DNA of 54,118 bases, counting the filler, from Basidioascus undulatus (Eukaryota), in the NCBI GenBank assembly GCA_000826855.1. It is 3 parts of 3 records of this genome, joined end to end, with 100 filler letters (N's around TTAATTAATTAA, not from the genome) between each part and the next. Parts side by side here need not be neighbours in the genome. Positions count along the whole stretch, not along the records: positions 36,183 to 54,118 come from JTLS01000498.1; 2 more parts are not named here. One strand, given 5' to 3'. The translations under genes and the position numbers were made by a program. Each line of letters opens with the position of its first letter. Positions within the stretch are counted from its first letter, which is position 1. This document shows positions 36,202 to 47,817 of the stretch, piece after piece. The notes beneath the pieces are model-generated. The model was not told the DNA's origin and ran no database searches. It saw only the letters and a list, made by a program, of their open reading frames with translations.

Positions 36202-37802
36202 ATGAGCCGGCCCACCCTCCCCCCCATTTCCACCATGTCCTCCTCTTGCTCTTCTTTCGCATGGCGCTCCTTCGCTTCTTCCCCCGACTCGGCGTTCCCG
36301 CTCGCCCCGGGCGGTGGCGCCCCCCACTCTTTTCGGGACGCCGCCACCAGTTCCACTTCCCCTCTTGGTACGGCGCATCAGCAGCAGCAATAGTCGCAGC
36401 GGATACGAGCACTAACACCCTCATCTCGCCCTTCTCGCCACCCGCGATTAGCTCCTTCCCCCACGTACCCCACGCCACCCAACTACGACTCCCCCCTGCC
36501 CCTGCCCCTCCGTCACCACCAGCTCACCCGTCCATGCGACCCCATCACGCTCCCGCCTATCCACACGCTCTCCCTTAACAACTCGCTGCCCACCCCGCCG
36601 CCGTCAAATCCGCCGTCGACGCGCGGGCTCAAGCGCGCGCGCTCGCTCTCGAACGCCTCGCAGACGAGCCAGGGCAGCTTCGTCTTCCCTCCCTCGGGCG
36701 GGTCTGCCTCGGGGTCAGATGACGACGTTGGGGGCACGGGGGGGAAAAAGGAGCGCAAGGGCTTTGCGGATGGCTTGGTCGGTGAGTCGCAACCGTACTA
36801 CAGAGACGGCGAAGAGCGGTCGTGCTGAACGTTCGCGCGGCCTCGGACGTAGACACCGCGGTGTTCACGATCGAGGCCATTTGGAACTCGCCGCTGCCAG
36901 GCGTGAACGCGGCTGCCTCGTCGGACGAGTCGAACCTCCCCCTCCGACTCTTCATCCACGAGACGCTCCGCCGGTCGCGCACGTCCTGCTCGACCCTCCA
37001 GGCTGCGCTCTTCTACCTCTTCCGCGTGCGCGAGAAGATCAAGGCCCTGCGCGCCGCAGCGGCGTGCCAGCCCGAGGCGTCCCGCGACCCGATCCTCTGC
37101 GGCCGGCGCACCTTCCTCTCGGCGCTCATCCTCGCGTCCAAGTTCCTGCAGGACCGGCACTTTTCGAACAAGGCCTGGGCGAAGATGTCGGGCCTCGCCG
37201 CCCGCGAGATCAGTGCCAACGAGCGCGCGTTCCTGGGCATCCTCGGGTACGAGCTCTCCATCGCTGAGGCGACATGGGACCGCTGGACGGCGTTCCTCAA
37301 GACGCTCGTGGACAACAAGGGCATCGTCAGCCCCGGCGGATCCCCGCCCGTCTCGCCCCTCGGCGGACCGGCGTCGTCCCTCCTCACCGCCTCCCGCTCC
37401 GAGCCCGAGCTGGAGGAGCGTCGCGCAAAGGTCGCGCGAACGGGCATCGCGCGCTCCACCTCGGACGCGCAGTTCGCGTACTCCGCCCCGGCCCCTGCAT
37501 CCTCGCCGGCGCCGGCGCCGGTGCAGGCGCGCCCTCTCCGCCGAGCAGTCGCGAGCGCCTCACTGCTCCTCCACCCGTCGTCCGCCACCGGCCGCCGTCG
37601 CTCCCCGCCCTCGCCCGCGGACTCGCACTCACCCGCCGCGTCCGAGTCGAGCATGTCTAGCGTCGCCGAGATGGCCCCGCTCGCCCCGAGCGCAGTCTTC
37701 ACCTGGGAGGGCGTCCGCATGGCCGCCGGCGCGGGTGGGTCCGCCACTGTCAATGCGGATGGCCCGGTCCCGTGGTGGGTCGCGGAGAGCGTCGGGGCCT
37801 AG
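36202..37802 (+). CDS. Pho80/Pcl-family cyclin (Pcl5/Pas1-like), 3 exons
   Basis: Exons are 36202-36367, 36452-36781 and 36852-37802. The cyclin box reads LPLRLFIHETLRRSRTSCSTLQAALFYL...LCGRRTFLSALILASKFLQDRHFSNKAWAKMSGL...ERAFLGILGYEL. The true start may lie beyond the spacer. Confidence 0.9.
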
Positions 37803-38954
37803 GTGAGCTGGTCGGCCTCACACCTTTCTCACTAGCGTGGGAACGTTTTCCACTTCCTTTTCTACCCCTGTGCCATATCATTTGTTCTCCTTCGCTCTCA
37901 TTCTTCATTTCGCCTTCATTGCCTTTCTCCTTCGTGTCCAAAAATTGCCACCCGCTTGTTCATTGTTTCTTTCCTCGTCTACCTTTCGTTTCTTGTCTCT
38001 ATCGCTTCTACTTCGCGCCCTCATCGACGGACCCGCCCCTCCGCTCGACACTCACTTCCACCCTCTACCCTACCATGTTTTTTAAGCCTCTTCTCCCTAT
38101 GCCTCTATGCAATCTCACCTTACCGTTTTCTTGCCTTGCCTTGCCTTTTTCCATCCTCTCTTCTTGTCCCTTCCCGTCCCGTCTCGTCTCGTCTGTTCCT
38201 CTTGTACTCCTCCGTATCGTGTGCTCACTCTCACTTTTTCTCTCCCGATCACAATATGCCCTGCCGATGTCGTATCGTCTCGTCTCAAATAAGCGTTCGC
38301 TTTGCAAGCCATCGCCGTGTGCGACGTCGTGCCAGCGTGCTCATTCCGTCTGCACCCTCAACGCGAGGCGGCCGCCACCGAGTCGAGGTGCCCATCACTC
38401 CGCAACGCACCTAGGACGCGTGCGAGCTGTGAGTGCTGTTTTCGCATAATCATCGATGTCGATCGATGGTGCTGCGAAGAGGGGCAGCAAGAACAGGCAG
38501 TGAATCACCACAAGCTGCTTGAATCGAGGGTGACGGGCCTCCTTCGTCGTAAGTCGCCTGCGTGTGCCTTTATCAGGGAGGATTTTGCAGACGCTCAGTT
38601 GGGCTGTTGGCATTCGATGCTGTTACCATGCTTTGCAGGGCACTGAATGTTGCGGACGTTGCGGGGACTGCCTGAGTGCAGCCATTTGGCGTGCACCGTT
38701 AGAAGCGAGTTGGAATTATTCAGGACTGTCGATAGCGCATCTGATTTATTTATTCGTCTTCTAATTCATCTTCTCTGCCATTGTCGCTGCCATTGCGATA
38801 CTGAAAAGCTGCACCCAGCCTGCTCGCGTGCGCGATGAACGACCGGCCGCCGGCGTGGGAATCGCCGGAGCACCTGAGGCAACAACCCCTTGCCCCCTCG
38901 TCATCATCTTCATCAACATTCACTGAAATCCATCTTGACAACTACCAGCGAATA

Positions 38955-40624
38955 ATGAGCACATACAAGCTAGACCACTCCGGGACGCTCATGCTTGAAG
39001 CGCCCTTTGCTCGAGTGCGAGCTCGTAAACCAGCTGGACGCAAGCCGGATCTCTTGAAGCTGACTGGGTTCCCGCTCAGGTACCGTACGAGGGCCTACGC
39101 AAGACGTTCCGAACATCGCAGAAGCAGATCGACCGCGATTTTGGCGCGCTAAACACCAACATTGGCGCGCTCGCGGAGATGGAGGCGGCGGGGAAGGTCC
39201 AGGGCGGGGGCGAGGGATGGGAGGAGGCGCTCAGGTTGCTGGACGGGATGATTGGGCGGGTGCGGGGACTGAAGCGCAAGGTGAGCCGTCGAGTATACAG
39301 TTTCAGGAGAGAACGAAAAGGACTGACGGCGCTGTGTCGGGTGCAGCTCGCCGACCTCCGAGAACCGACAGGCTCGCAGATCGGCATGTTCCGCACGCGG
39401 CTCGATCACCTCTCCGAGCTCCCCTCGTCCGCCCTGGAGCCGGAGGACGCGGATGGGGTGGCACACCTGCGCGAGTGGAAGGAGCGCAGGCTGGAACGGT
39501 GGATCGCTGACTGGTGCTTGCGCAAGGGGAGGGCGGACGTCGCAGCGCAGCTGGCGAGGAAGGCGGGGATCGAGGTGCGTGTGTGCGGTATGGAAGGCGG
39601 TCGGCTGACAGGGGAGACAAGAGGGAAGGAGAGCTGACTGGGGTGAGGATGGCGTAGGATCTGGTGGACGTGCAGCTGTTCTCGGACGTCGCAAGGATCG
39701 AGAAGGCCCTGCTGGGGAGGAGCTGCACGGAGGCGATCGCGTGGTCCGCCGAGAACAAGGCGAGCTTGCGGAAGAGCAATGTGCGTGTTCTCGCTCTCTC
39801 CTTCCTTCCTTTTCTACGTCTGGCAATGTCTGATGCAAGTTCCTGCGGGCGCCGCCAGAGCACCCTCGAGTTCGACCTCCGCCTGCAGGAATACATCGAA
39901 CTCGTGCGCGCGCTCAAGCACGACGAGGCGATGGCCTACCTCCGCAAGCACCTGGTCCCCGCGTTCGCGGACAAGTCGAAGGAGATCCAGCAGGCGATCG
40001 CGCTCCTCGCGTTCCCTGAATCATCGGCCGTGAGCGTGTACAAGGTGTGGCGTTCCCCCACTGCCCCTTCGCCCCACCCGCTCTTGCCCTGACGCGGTCG
40101 ATGTCCCCTCACAGCGTCTCTACGACCCCTCCCGCTGGGCCTCGCTCGCCGCGTCGTTCCGCCTCGCCGCATACGAGCTGCACGCCCTCCCGCCGCAGCC
40201 GCTTCTGCACATCGCGCTCTCCGCCGGGCTCGCGTCCCTCAAGGTCCCCGCGTGCTACCAGGACGCGGCAGGGCCGGGGGCGGGGGCGGAGCACGCGCCC
40301 GACTGCCCGACCTGCGACACCGCGGGGCTCGGCGTCCTCGCGCGGGAGGTGCCCTACAGCCACCACACGAACTCGAGCATCGTGTGCCGCATCACCGACC
40401 GCGTTGTCTTGGATGGGGAGATGATGTGCTTCCCGAATGGGAGGGTGTATTCGAAGCCGGTTAGTGGAGTCGTCTGCTTAGCTGTGGATGTGCTGTGCTG
40501 ATCTGCGGGCGTGCGGGGATAGGCACTCGAAGAGATGGCGCTCAAGAACGATGGGTCGGTCACTTGTCCGAGGGAGGGCGAGACCGTATCGTTCACGAAG
40601 CTCAGGAAGGTCTACGTCTCTTGA
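38955..40624 (+). CDS. FYV10: GID/CTLH E3 complex subunit Fyv10/Gid9 (MAEA homologue)
   Basis: Motifs are MLEAPFARVPYEGLRKTFRTSQKQIDRD, LisH RLERWIADWCLRKG, CTLH SCTEAIAWSAENKASLRK..STLEFDLRLQEYIELVR, CRA LLHIALSAGLASLKVPAC, and a degenerate RING CPTC...VPYSHHTNSSIVCRIT...PNGRVYS...VTCPR...LRKVYVS*. Confidence 0.93.
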
Positions 40625-42999
40625 TTGGCTTTCACCCCATTTTTGTTTCCCATACGTTGCCTCGCCTGCCGCTTCGCAACCTCTCGCATCACATACCGCA
40701 CACTTGCTCTGCAGCCCCCCTTCACGCCGCACTTTGTTTGATTCCATTTATTTTTTGAGTCCACCTTGTATCCACTGCATGTCTTGTCCTCGCAACGCCA
40801 CTGTATTCCCCATCCCATGTTGCCGTTGCGTCCAGCACACATGTCTCGTGTCTCGCACGAAGATTTACCACTCTGACCCAGGCTCCCTTGCTTCTGGACG
40901 TGATGCGGGGATTCCGGACCCTGGAGAAGGCGTAACACAGGAGGGGCCATCCTTTCGCGGTGAAGACACCGCGCCACGCAAGAAGCGGCCTATCTGTGAC
41001 TGCATACCGCAATGAATATTTATTACAGAGTATTGTGATGTACATTAAGTACTCCCTCTTTTTGGGAGTGTCTGGGGTGCTGCGCCATACTGACGAGCGT
41101 TGCCTGAACGCCGGCCAACTGCCGTGCCTGCAGCTCGCTTTTCATCTGTCCCCAAATACTCCTGCCATTACCGGCAGAATTGCGATGCAGGGCCTGGGGA
41201 GGTGCCGTGCAGCAATTGATAGGGAGTGCCAAAGCTGCCACCGGGTAGCATCACGCCGGCGGACCTGGACCTCCGATACCTGTGACTGCGTTGAGGAATG
41301 CTGGATGAGGTTGGATTGAGCTGACTAGTACTAGATAATCAATGGGGCATACCCGGAGGAGGGGCCTGAGGAGCAGGAGCAGCGAACAGCGGCTGTGTGC
41401 GCCGAGGAGGGCAAGAATTGCGCGCCTTGTGGTGGCTGTGGAGAAATGCATTGTTAACAGATGTGGTAGACTTGAAGGACGTGAAAGCAAGTCACTCACT
41501 TTGAGTTCACTTTTATCTCCGAGCGGCACGCGCTGCCTCAACAGTTGTCGCCGCCGATAGTCTCGTGCCCGGGAATCAAGGCCACAGCGCGGGCGAGGAT
41601 ACAAACCGCGAGCATATACAAATTGCGACTGGTATACAAGGATTACTTATCAATTCATCTTGTGACCAATTATCCTGTGCAATGTGAGCCAATGCACGCG
41701 ATTTCGTCGATTGAGCAGAGCTTCAACTTACAGCTGGGGTGCCAGCACAAACCTGCGCCCTGTAACGTCTTTTAACCCTGTCACGTCTCTGGCAGTGGTA
41801 CCTCAAAAAGTTACGACTTTTCCTTGTAAGGAGGTAGCTCGTTGAATCTCGATTAGGACTGCCTGAGTGCAGGCACTGCCCGGGGACACTGCCACGCGAC
41901 AGTGCAGGCTGACCTTCTTGTTTTCCACCGGGCCTACAAGACTTCACCCCAAAAGTTCGAATAGTTTAAACGTTTCGCCCATCCAAACCCCAAGCTTTCA
42001 AGCAATCAGTGTCTACGTGCTGTGTTCTGCTGCTTGCGCCGTGCTGGGGGACAGGCACTCCAAGCAAGCGGCACTAGAAAGACAGATCGGTCAATTTGGT
42101 CCTAGTTGCATTCTCAGGATTCTTGTACTCCCCAGCACATACCGCATACTTTTGCTCGCCGTGTTCCTTGCTCGTATCCCGCTTAACCTATCGACCAAGG
42201 AATGCCCCTCTTTGCAGGTCCTGCGAGATACTTACTAGACTTCCCAGCTCATATCGCCGTCGACTCTTTAATTTTGCTTACATTCCCACCCAAGTTGGTC
42301 ATTATTGCGCCCTTCTGACCGGGCCTTTCTAAATTCCTCACTGGTTGACAGCTGTGAAGCACTGTCCCTATCCTCAGAGGCGGAGTTTCAAGGGAGGTAA
42401 GAGGAGCTGTCAGTATAGCTTGTTAGGGCAAAGAAGACCTGTGGAGAGATTGCCTGTGAATGTAATTTTCCAACCCAGCGGCACGACTGCCATAGGTAGA
42501 GCTGACTGCTTCTTGTCAACGAACTGAACATGCAGAACCGTGTGAACCATCTCCGCTGTTCGTAGGCATCTTGAGACCCAACAACGCATGGATGTTGAGT
42601 TGTATGGAAAATGTCAGTGCCACCGGTACCATTCAGTGAGTAAGGGTCCTGTTGCGGCAACAATTGACAACGCAGCGAACTTGCAGTTTGGGGTTTCACG
42701 TGCAGATGCTGACGCACTGCACTGCACGCTTGTGGCACGATGTTCAAGGACCCCCTTGTGCGCACCATCTGGCAGTCTTCTGTGCTTTACCCACCTTCGA
42801 CTACCTCCTATAAATGTGCACGAAAGATACCTCCGAGGTAGCTTGCGTCGATGCCAAGTCCCGGAGAGCATGCGTGGGAGTTTGCGATGCCGCGGTGCCT
42901 TTGGCCGAACACAGCTCTCTCGGGCCTCAGCCTCTCAGCCTCTCCCTCTAACCTCCCTTGACCCTCTATCTTACACCTTTATCTTGCCCACCATCCACC

Positions 43000-45280
43000 A
43001 TGTCGACACCGGACGCAAGCGCGGCGGCGTCGGCATCAGCATCGGCGACCGTGCCAACCGCACCGCTCACGCCGGTAGAGCCTGATAAAGATCCCCTCAC
43101 GCGCACCCCAACACCCTCACAGCCTCGAACGCCGCGAGGGCAGCGCATCCCGACACCGGAGCCCCCCAACGCTCCTCAATTAGCAGCTCTTCCTCATCTC
43201 GCAGCAGTTCCAGATCCGGAGCCTCAGCGCGCACCGGCATTTGTCCCCCCACCACTACCCCCGCCGGGGCAGCAGGTCGAAGCGCCTGCGGTCCAAGTCC
43301 GACAGAACGTGCTGGTGGGGCTGATCCGCGGGCTGGGAGGGTTCGGGCGCGGACCGGCAGCGTTGGTGTTCAAGGGCGTGTTTGTTTTCGCTCAGGTGCG
43401 CCTACGACATGTTATTCTTGTCGGTGGACTTTCCACTGAGCCCGGGAGGCCGGTTGCGAGCAGCTTGTCACTTTCTCTACCCTCCTCGGACTCGCCAACG
43501 CCCGCCATCAAACCTGCGACGTACCCCTCCGCGCCTTCATCATCGTGCATCTCATCCGAGTGTGCACCAAGTACCCCCTGCAGGTGTATCTCGCTACGGG
43601 CGCTAAGCGGCGCGCTGCGGTGCAGGCTGCTCAGCAAGCGCCCGGCCCAGCAGGGCTAGCCGGTGGAGCGGGCGCGGCGGGCGCGGCTGCGGGTGGGGCG
43701 GCGGGGGCGGCGAATGGTGTCGCAGCTGGTGGTGGTGGGGACGCCCAGGGCGGCGGCTTGAACGAGCGGGCGCAGGACGTAGCGCAGATGGAGGCATGGC
43801 TGGAACGAAATGCGGTGAATACTGATCACTTAGAATCCCACAAGTGTCATCTTCTGAAGGTCGACGTCTGGACGCAGGATTGGCTCACTCGTGTTCAGCG
43901 CCTGTCAGACCTGTCTCTCTTTGTGCGTTCACATCTCGCTTTCAGCGTCGAGACTGCTGCTCACTCCTTGGCTGCCGGATACAGTTTGGTTTCTTTTGGT
44001 TAGTCTCATTCGCATGTTCCAGACCGTATGCCGTGCTGAAATGGCTGAGTTGACGCTCACACACCCCACAGGTTCATCTTCGGCCTGTCCGTGCTCGGCC
44101 TGTCTTGATATTCAGCTACTTCCCTGCTCACGTCTCCTTACCTGCAGGTATTGGCTCATCGGTTCTGACACCTGCAAGACTACCTCACCCCTTATTTTCT
44201 ACTCTTCGGTGGTCGCCCTCTGCGGCGGGTTCCTCGTCTGCACCAAATGGGTGCTCATACTGCTCGCAATCGTCATCGTCTTGCCGTCAGTAGTCTTCCT
44301 CTCTGCGTCCGTCACCCTTCTTCGGTTCGGAAGCTAACTGCCGGCTCCTCCCGGGTGCGCGCACGTGCTACTGTGTTTGTGCGGGTTCAGAATTGTCTTC
44401 GTACGTGTCGTCACCTCTCACTCGCGCTTCCCTGTTCCTTGCCCCCTTTCCTTCCCTCTCCCCCTTCCACACTCTCTTGGCAGCCTGCAAGTCTGCGAGT
44501 ACTCATGGGCACGCTGCTGCACCGGCAGGTGGTCTGCCGTTGGCTCGGAGTCGACCTCAACCCCGCCGGCCCGAAGCCGCAGATCGGGAAGATGGAGCGG
44601 TCCGACGTCGACCGGATCCCGCTTGTCCACTACATCCCCGCCGAGAAGGACGACGAGGAGCAACAGCCCGACCCTTCCGCCCTCTCCCCCGTGCCGGGCC
44701 CTTCCTCAGCTCCGTCCGCCGCCGCCGACGGCCGCTCCATCCGCTCCACAAAGAAGGGCCGAAGGAAATGGCTGTTTACGCGCCTTCTCCGACGCAGCAC
44801 GAAACCCTCGCCTCCTGGCGCCCGGCCCACAGCTTCCCACCCTCACGTCCACGAGCGATACGCACCCACCCGATGGCCGCTGCATCCCCTTCTCGCAAAC
44901 CGAGCAGTGTGCCCGATCTGCCTGGCGGACTACGAGTCAGTCCCGTCTTTACCTGTTCCACCTGTTCCAGGACCTCCCTTCTGAGGCAGTGCATCTTTCT
45001 CCTCAGACCTCCGCCAAGAGTGGGCGAGCAGGGCGTCAAGGAGCCGGAAGAGCTCAGACTGCTCAGCTGCGGTCATGTCATTCACGTGCGCTCGCATCCC
45101 CCTTTTCTTCTTTTATCCCTTTTATCCCGCGAGTGACAACCCAAGCTGATTTCCCGTTCCGATCTTCAGAAAGCTTGTGTCGACCCCTGGCTCGCGGACG
45201 TCTCGGGACGCTGCCCCGTGTGCCAAGCGCAGGTGCAGGTCCCGCCCGAGAAGGGCAAGGGCAGCGGCAAAGGACGCTAG
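43000..45280 (+). CDS. Multi-pass membrane RING-H2 E3 ubiquitin ligase
   Basis: Several TM segments are present (e.g. LSLFFGFFWFIFGLYWLIGSDTC...). The C-terminal CPICLADYE...[29 protein letters not shown] fits C3H2C3. Confidence 0.88.
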
Positions 45281-45558
45281 CCCTCCCCGCTCCCCTTCCT
45301 TCTTCATCCTTGTATACCTATTATGGGGACACTTGCCCGTCTTTGTACGATTCGCATCATCGGTGTACTTTTCTTGCTGCTTGCCTCGCTTCCTCCCGTC
45401 CTCGCCCTTGCCGCCTCACTCTCGATTCGCCTCGCATATTACCGCATCTCATCTACGATCCTCGCGCAGAACCCATGTATCACCCTCGTTCACGCAGCTA
45501 TGTCCTTGCACTCTAATGCATTATCGACTTCTGGTCGTCTACGTCCTGCTCGGGAGCC

Positions 45559-46966
45559 CTACAGCGGCTCGATCGGCTGACGCGGGCCGAGAGGGATGAT
45601 GCCGGTGGGGTTGACTGTGGTGGGGTTCGTTAGCCGATGTACATATGTAAGTTTCGCAAGGGGAAAAGGCGACTAACTTTGCTTGTGCGATGCGAAGTAG
45701 TTGTGCTTCGAATGATCAAAGTCCATCGTCTCGCGGAAGACGGGGTTATTCCAGTAGAGACAGCGTAGCTGACGACATGAGGAGGACCGTCAGCTGAAGT
45801 TGATTGAGTATCTGAAGCCGCTTGATGCATGGTCGCTCACCCAGAGATGCAGGTTGGGGTAGTCGTGCCGTATGGACTTCATGTTGCACTTGAAGTGGAA
45901 CTGGTAGACCACGTCAAAGCGGATCTGGGACGAGAACGGGCGTCAGCACAGCTCGGTCGCGCATGACGAAGCCTCAGAAGACAGCACGGGAAATCAAGAC
46001 TCACCAAGGTTGTGTACATCCGAATGTCAGCCTCAGTAAGGCGGTCGCCGATGAAGTACTCCTTCCCCTCGATGAGCTTCTCGAGCTTATCGAGCGTCTC
46101 GAACACCTTGGGAACGTTCGTGTCGTACGACTCTTGGGACATAGAGAACCCGGCACGGTAGACGCCGTCTTTGTCCCCCCATTCAACGTCCCCTTGTCAG
46201 TCTTCCTTGGGGTGCGGGGAGGGAGGGGTTGGGAAGGGGGGGAGCAGACGCACTGCTCAGGCCGGGCGCGGACCAGCTATTGAACTCGTCGATCTCCTTG
46301 CGCAGCTCGTGCGGGCTGAAGCGCAGTTGTGCTTTCTCGGGAGGGAGCAGCGAGTCGAACGCGCTGTCGAGGATGCGGAGGAGGAGGGGCGACTCGTTGT
46401 TCACGATTGTATGGGTTTTGGAGTCAAAGAGGACGGGGACGGTGTAGCGACTTGGAGCACCGAAAACCTTCAATGAGATGGAATTGGGCTTGGAGAAAGG
46501 GATACATACCCTTCGTAGTCCGGCTTGGACTTGAAGTAGAGCTCGGAGAGATACGTCGCGTTCAGGAGCGGGTCGGGCGTCGCGCCCGGGAAGGGAGAGT
46601 GCGTGGGGAAGGACCAGCCCTTGTCTGTTGAATCAGTATCAACCTAGCAAATAAAAGAAGCGCTGAAGCTGATCTGCGCACCATGATCGAGTTTAGGATG
46701 CACGACGACGAGCGCTACAAATGAACTTCAGCGAGTGCGTTCCCAGCTGAAGGAACACGATTGTCCGGAGGCTCACGAATGATGTCCTGCAGCCCCTTGA
46801 GGTTCCTCACCAGCAGCGCGCGGTGCGCGAACGGGCACGCGAGGGAGACGTAGAGGTAGTACCGCCCCGCCTCGGGCGGGAAGCGGCCGTTCGGGTCGAT
46901 CGTGTCCGTGAACGCGTTCGACGGCGTCCCGTCCGGAGGGGGGTCCTTGAAGTGGTTGTCGGGCAT
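45559..46966 (-). CDS. Glutathionyl-hydroquinone reductase (Xi/omega-like GST, ECM4/YqjG family)
   Basis: Motifs are [69 protein letters not shown] and [20 protein letters not shown]. The catalytic Cys and the three Tyr positions are retained. Confidence 0.93.
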
Positions 46967-47817
46967 GGTTAGGCGAGAGCTGAGATGTGGGATGTTGTGT
47001 TGGAAGGAGGAAGGCTTGGGAGGGCGCCGAAGTTGAAGGGAAAAGATCGAAGCCACTTGATGACGACAAGTTGGTGGTGGCTCGTCAGCGAGCTGACGGC
47101 CTGGGTCTTATGCAGCGAACCGCTGAAAGAGCACTCATGCTTGATGGCGAACACCGAATCATATGTGAGCAACTCGATCCTTGTGATGATCAGGTGGAAT
47201 CAGTCCGAGCTGGCTGTGGAGGACAAATGAGATGCAACCGGCCAAACGGCTGCGATGCAGTGCCAACTTGCCAAGAAGCATGCTGTCGAACGAATTCGGG
47301 ACAGGTTCCTCGGGACAGCAATGGGAACCGGCCCATGTGGGGCAAGGTGGGGCCGCTTTCGCGAGAAGACAATAGGGAAAGGTACGCTGTGGGGCGCCGG
47401 GGCGACGCCGACAACTGTGCCCGCTTGCGCAAGCGGAGCGATTCATGAGGGATGGCCAGGCCGGTCGCTGCTTGGTTGAGCTTGCACATACAAATATATC
47501 ATCGGATGCGATTCTTCTGGCGGCGTGAAAGGTTTGTTGAAGACCAGAGGAAGCAAGTGGCTTCCCCAGGTCGGTCGGAAAAAGTGTGGAGAAGACGCAA
47601 AATGATCGACGACGGCAGCGGGATCGTCGTCATTGCGAGCGCGCGAGCCGCGAGAGACGCGAAAGCGAGAGCCTGGCTTCGCCGCCTTCGCCCAACGAGC
47701 TTGCTGCTCCACGCTGCGTTCTCTGCTGCACGCTCCTGCCAACGCCAGCCGCCTCCTGCACCTCATCGAATCTTACAAAACCAGCACCCAGGCCCCGCAC
47801 ACCCCCTTTCGCCCGAC

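Noticed and set aside
37772..38449. 225-aa hydrophobic ORF after the cyclin
   Set aside because: It is the translation of a CT-rich 3' UTR (Phe/Leu/Ser/Pro bias), starts at a non-ATG codon and overlaps the cyclin stop.
36202..45280. Ubiquitin/cell-cycle 'cluster' (cyclin, FYV10, RING-H2)
   Set aside because: These are common gene classes, and I see no shared regulatory element or other evidence of functional linkage.
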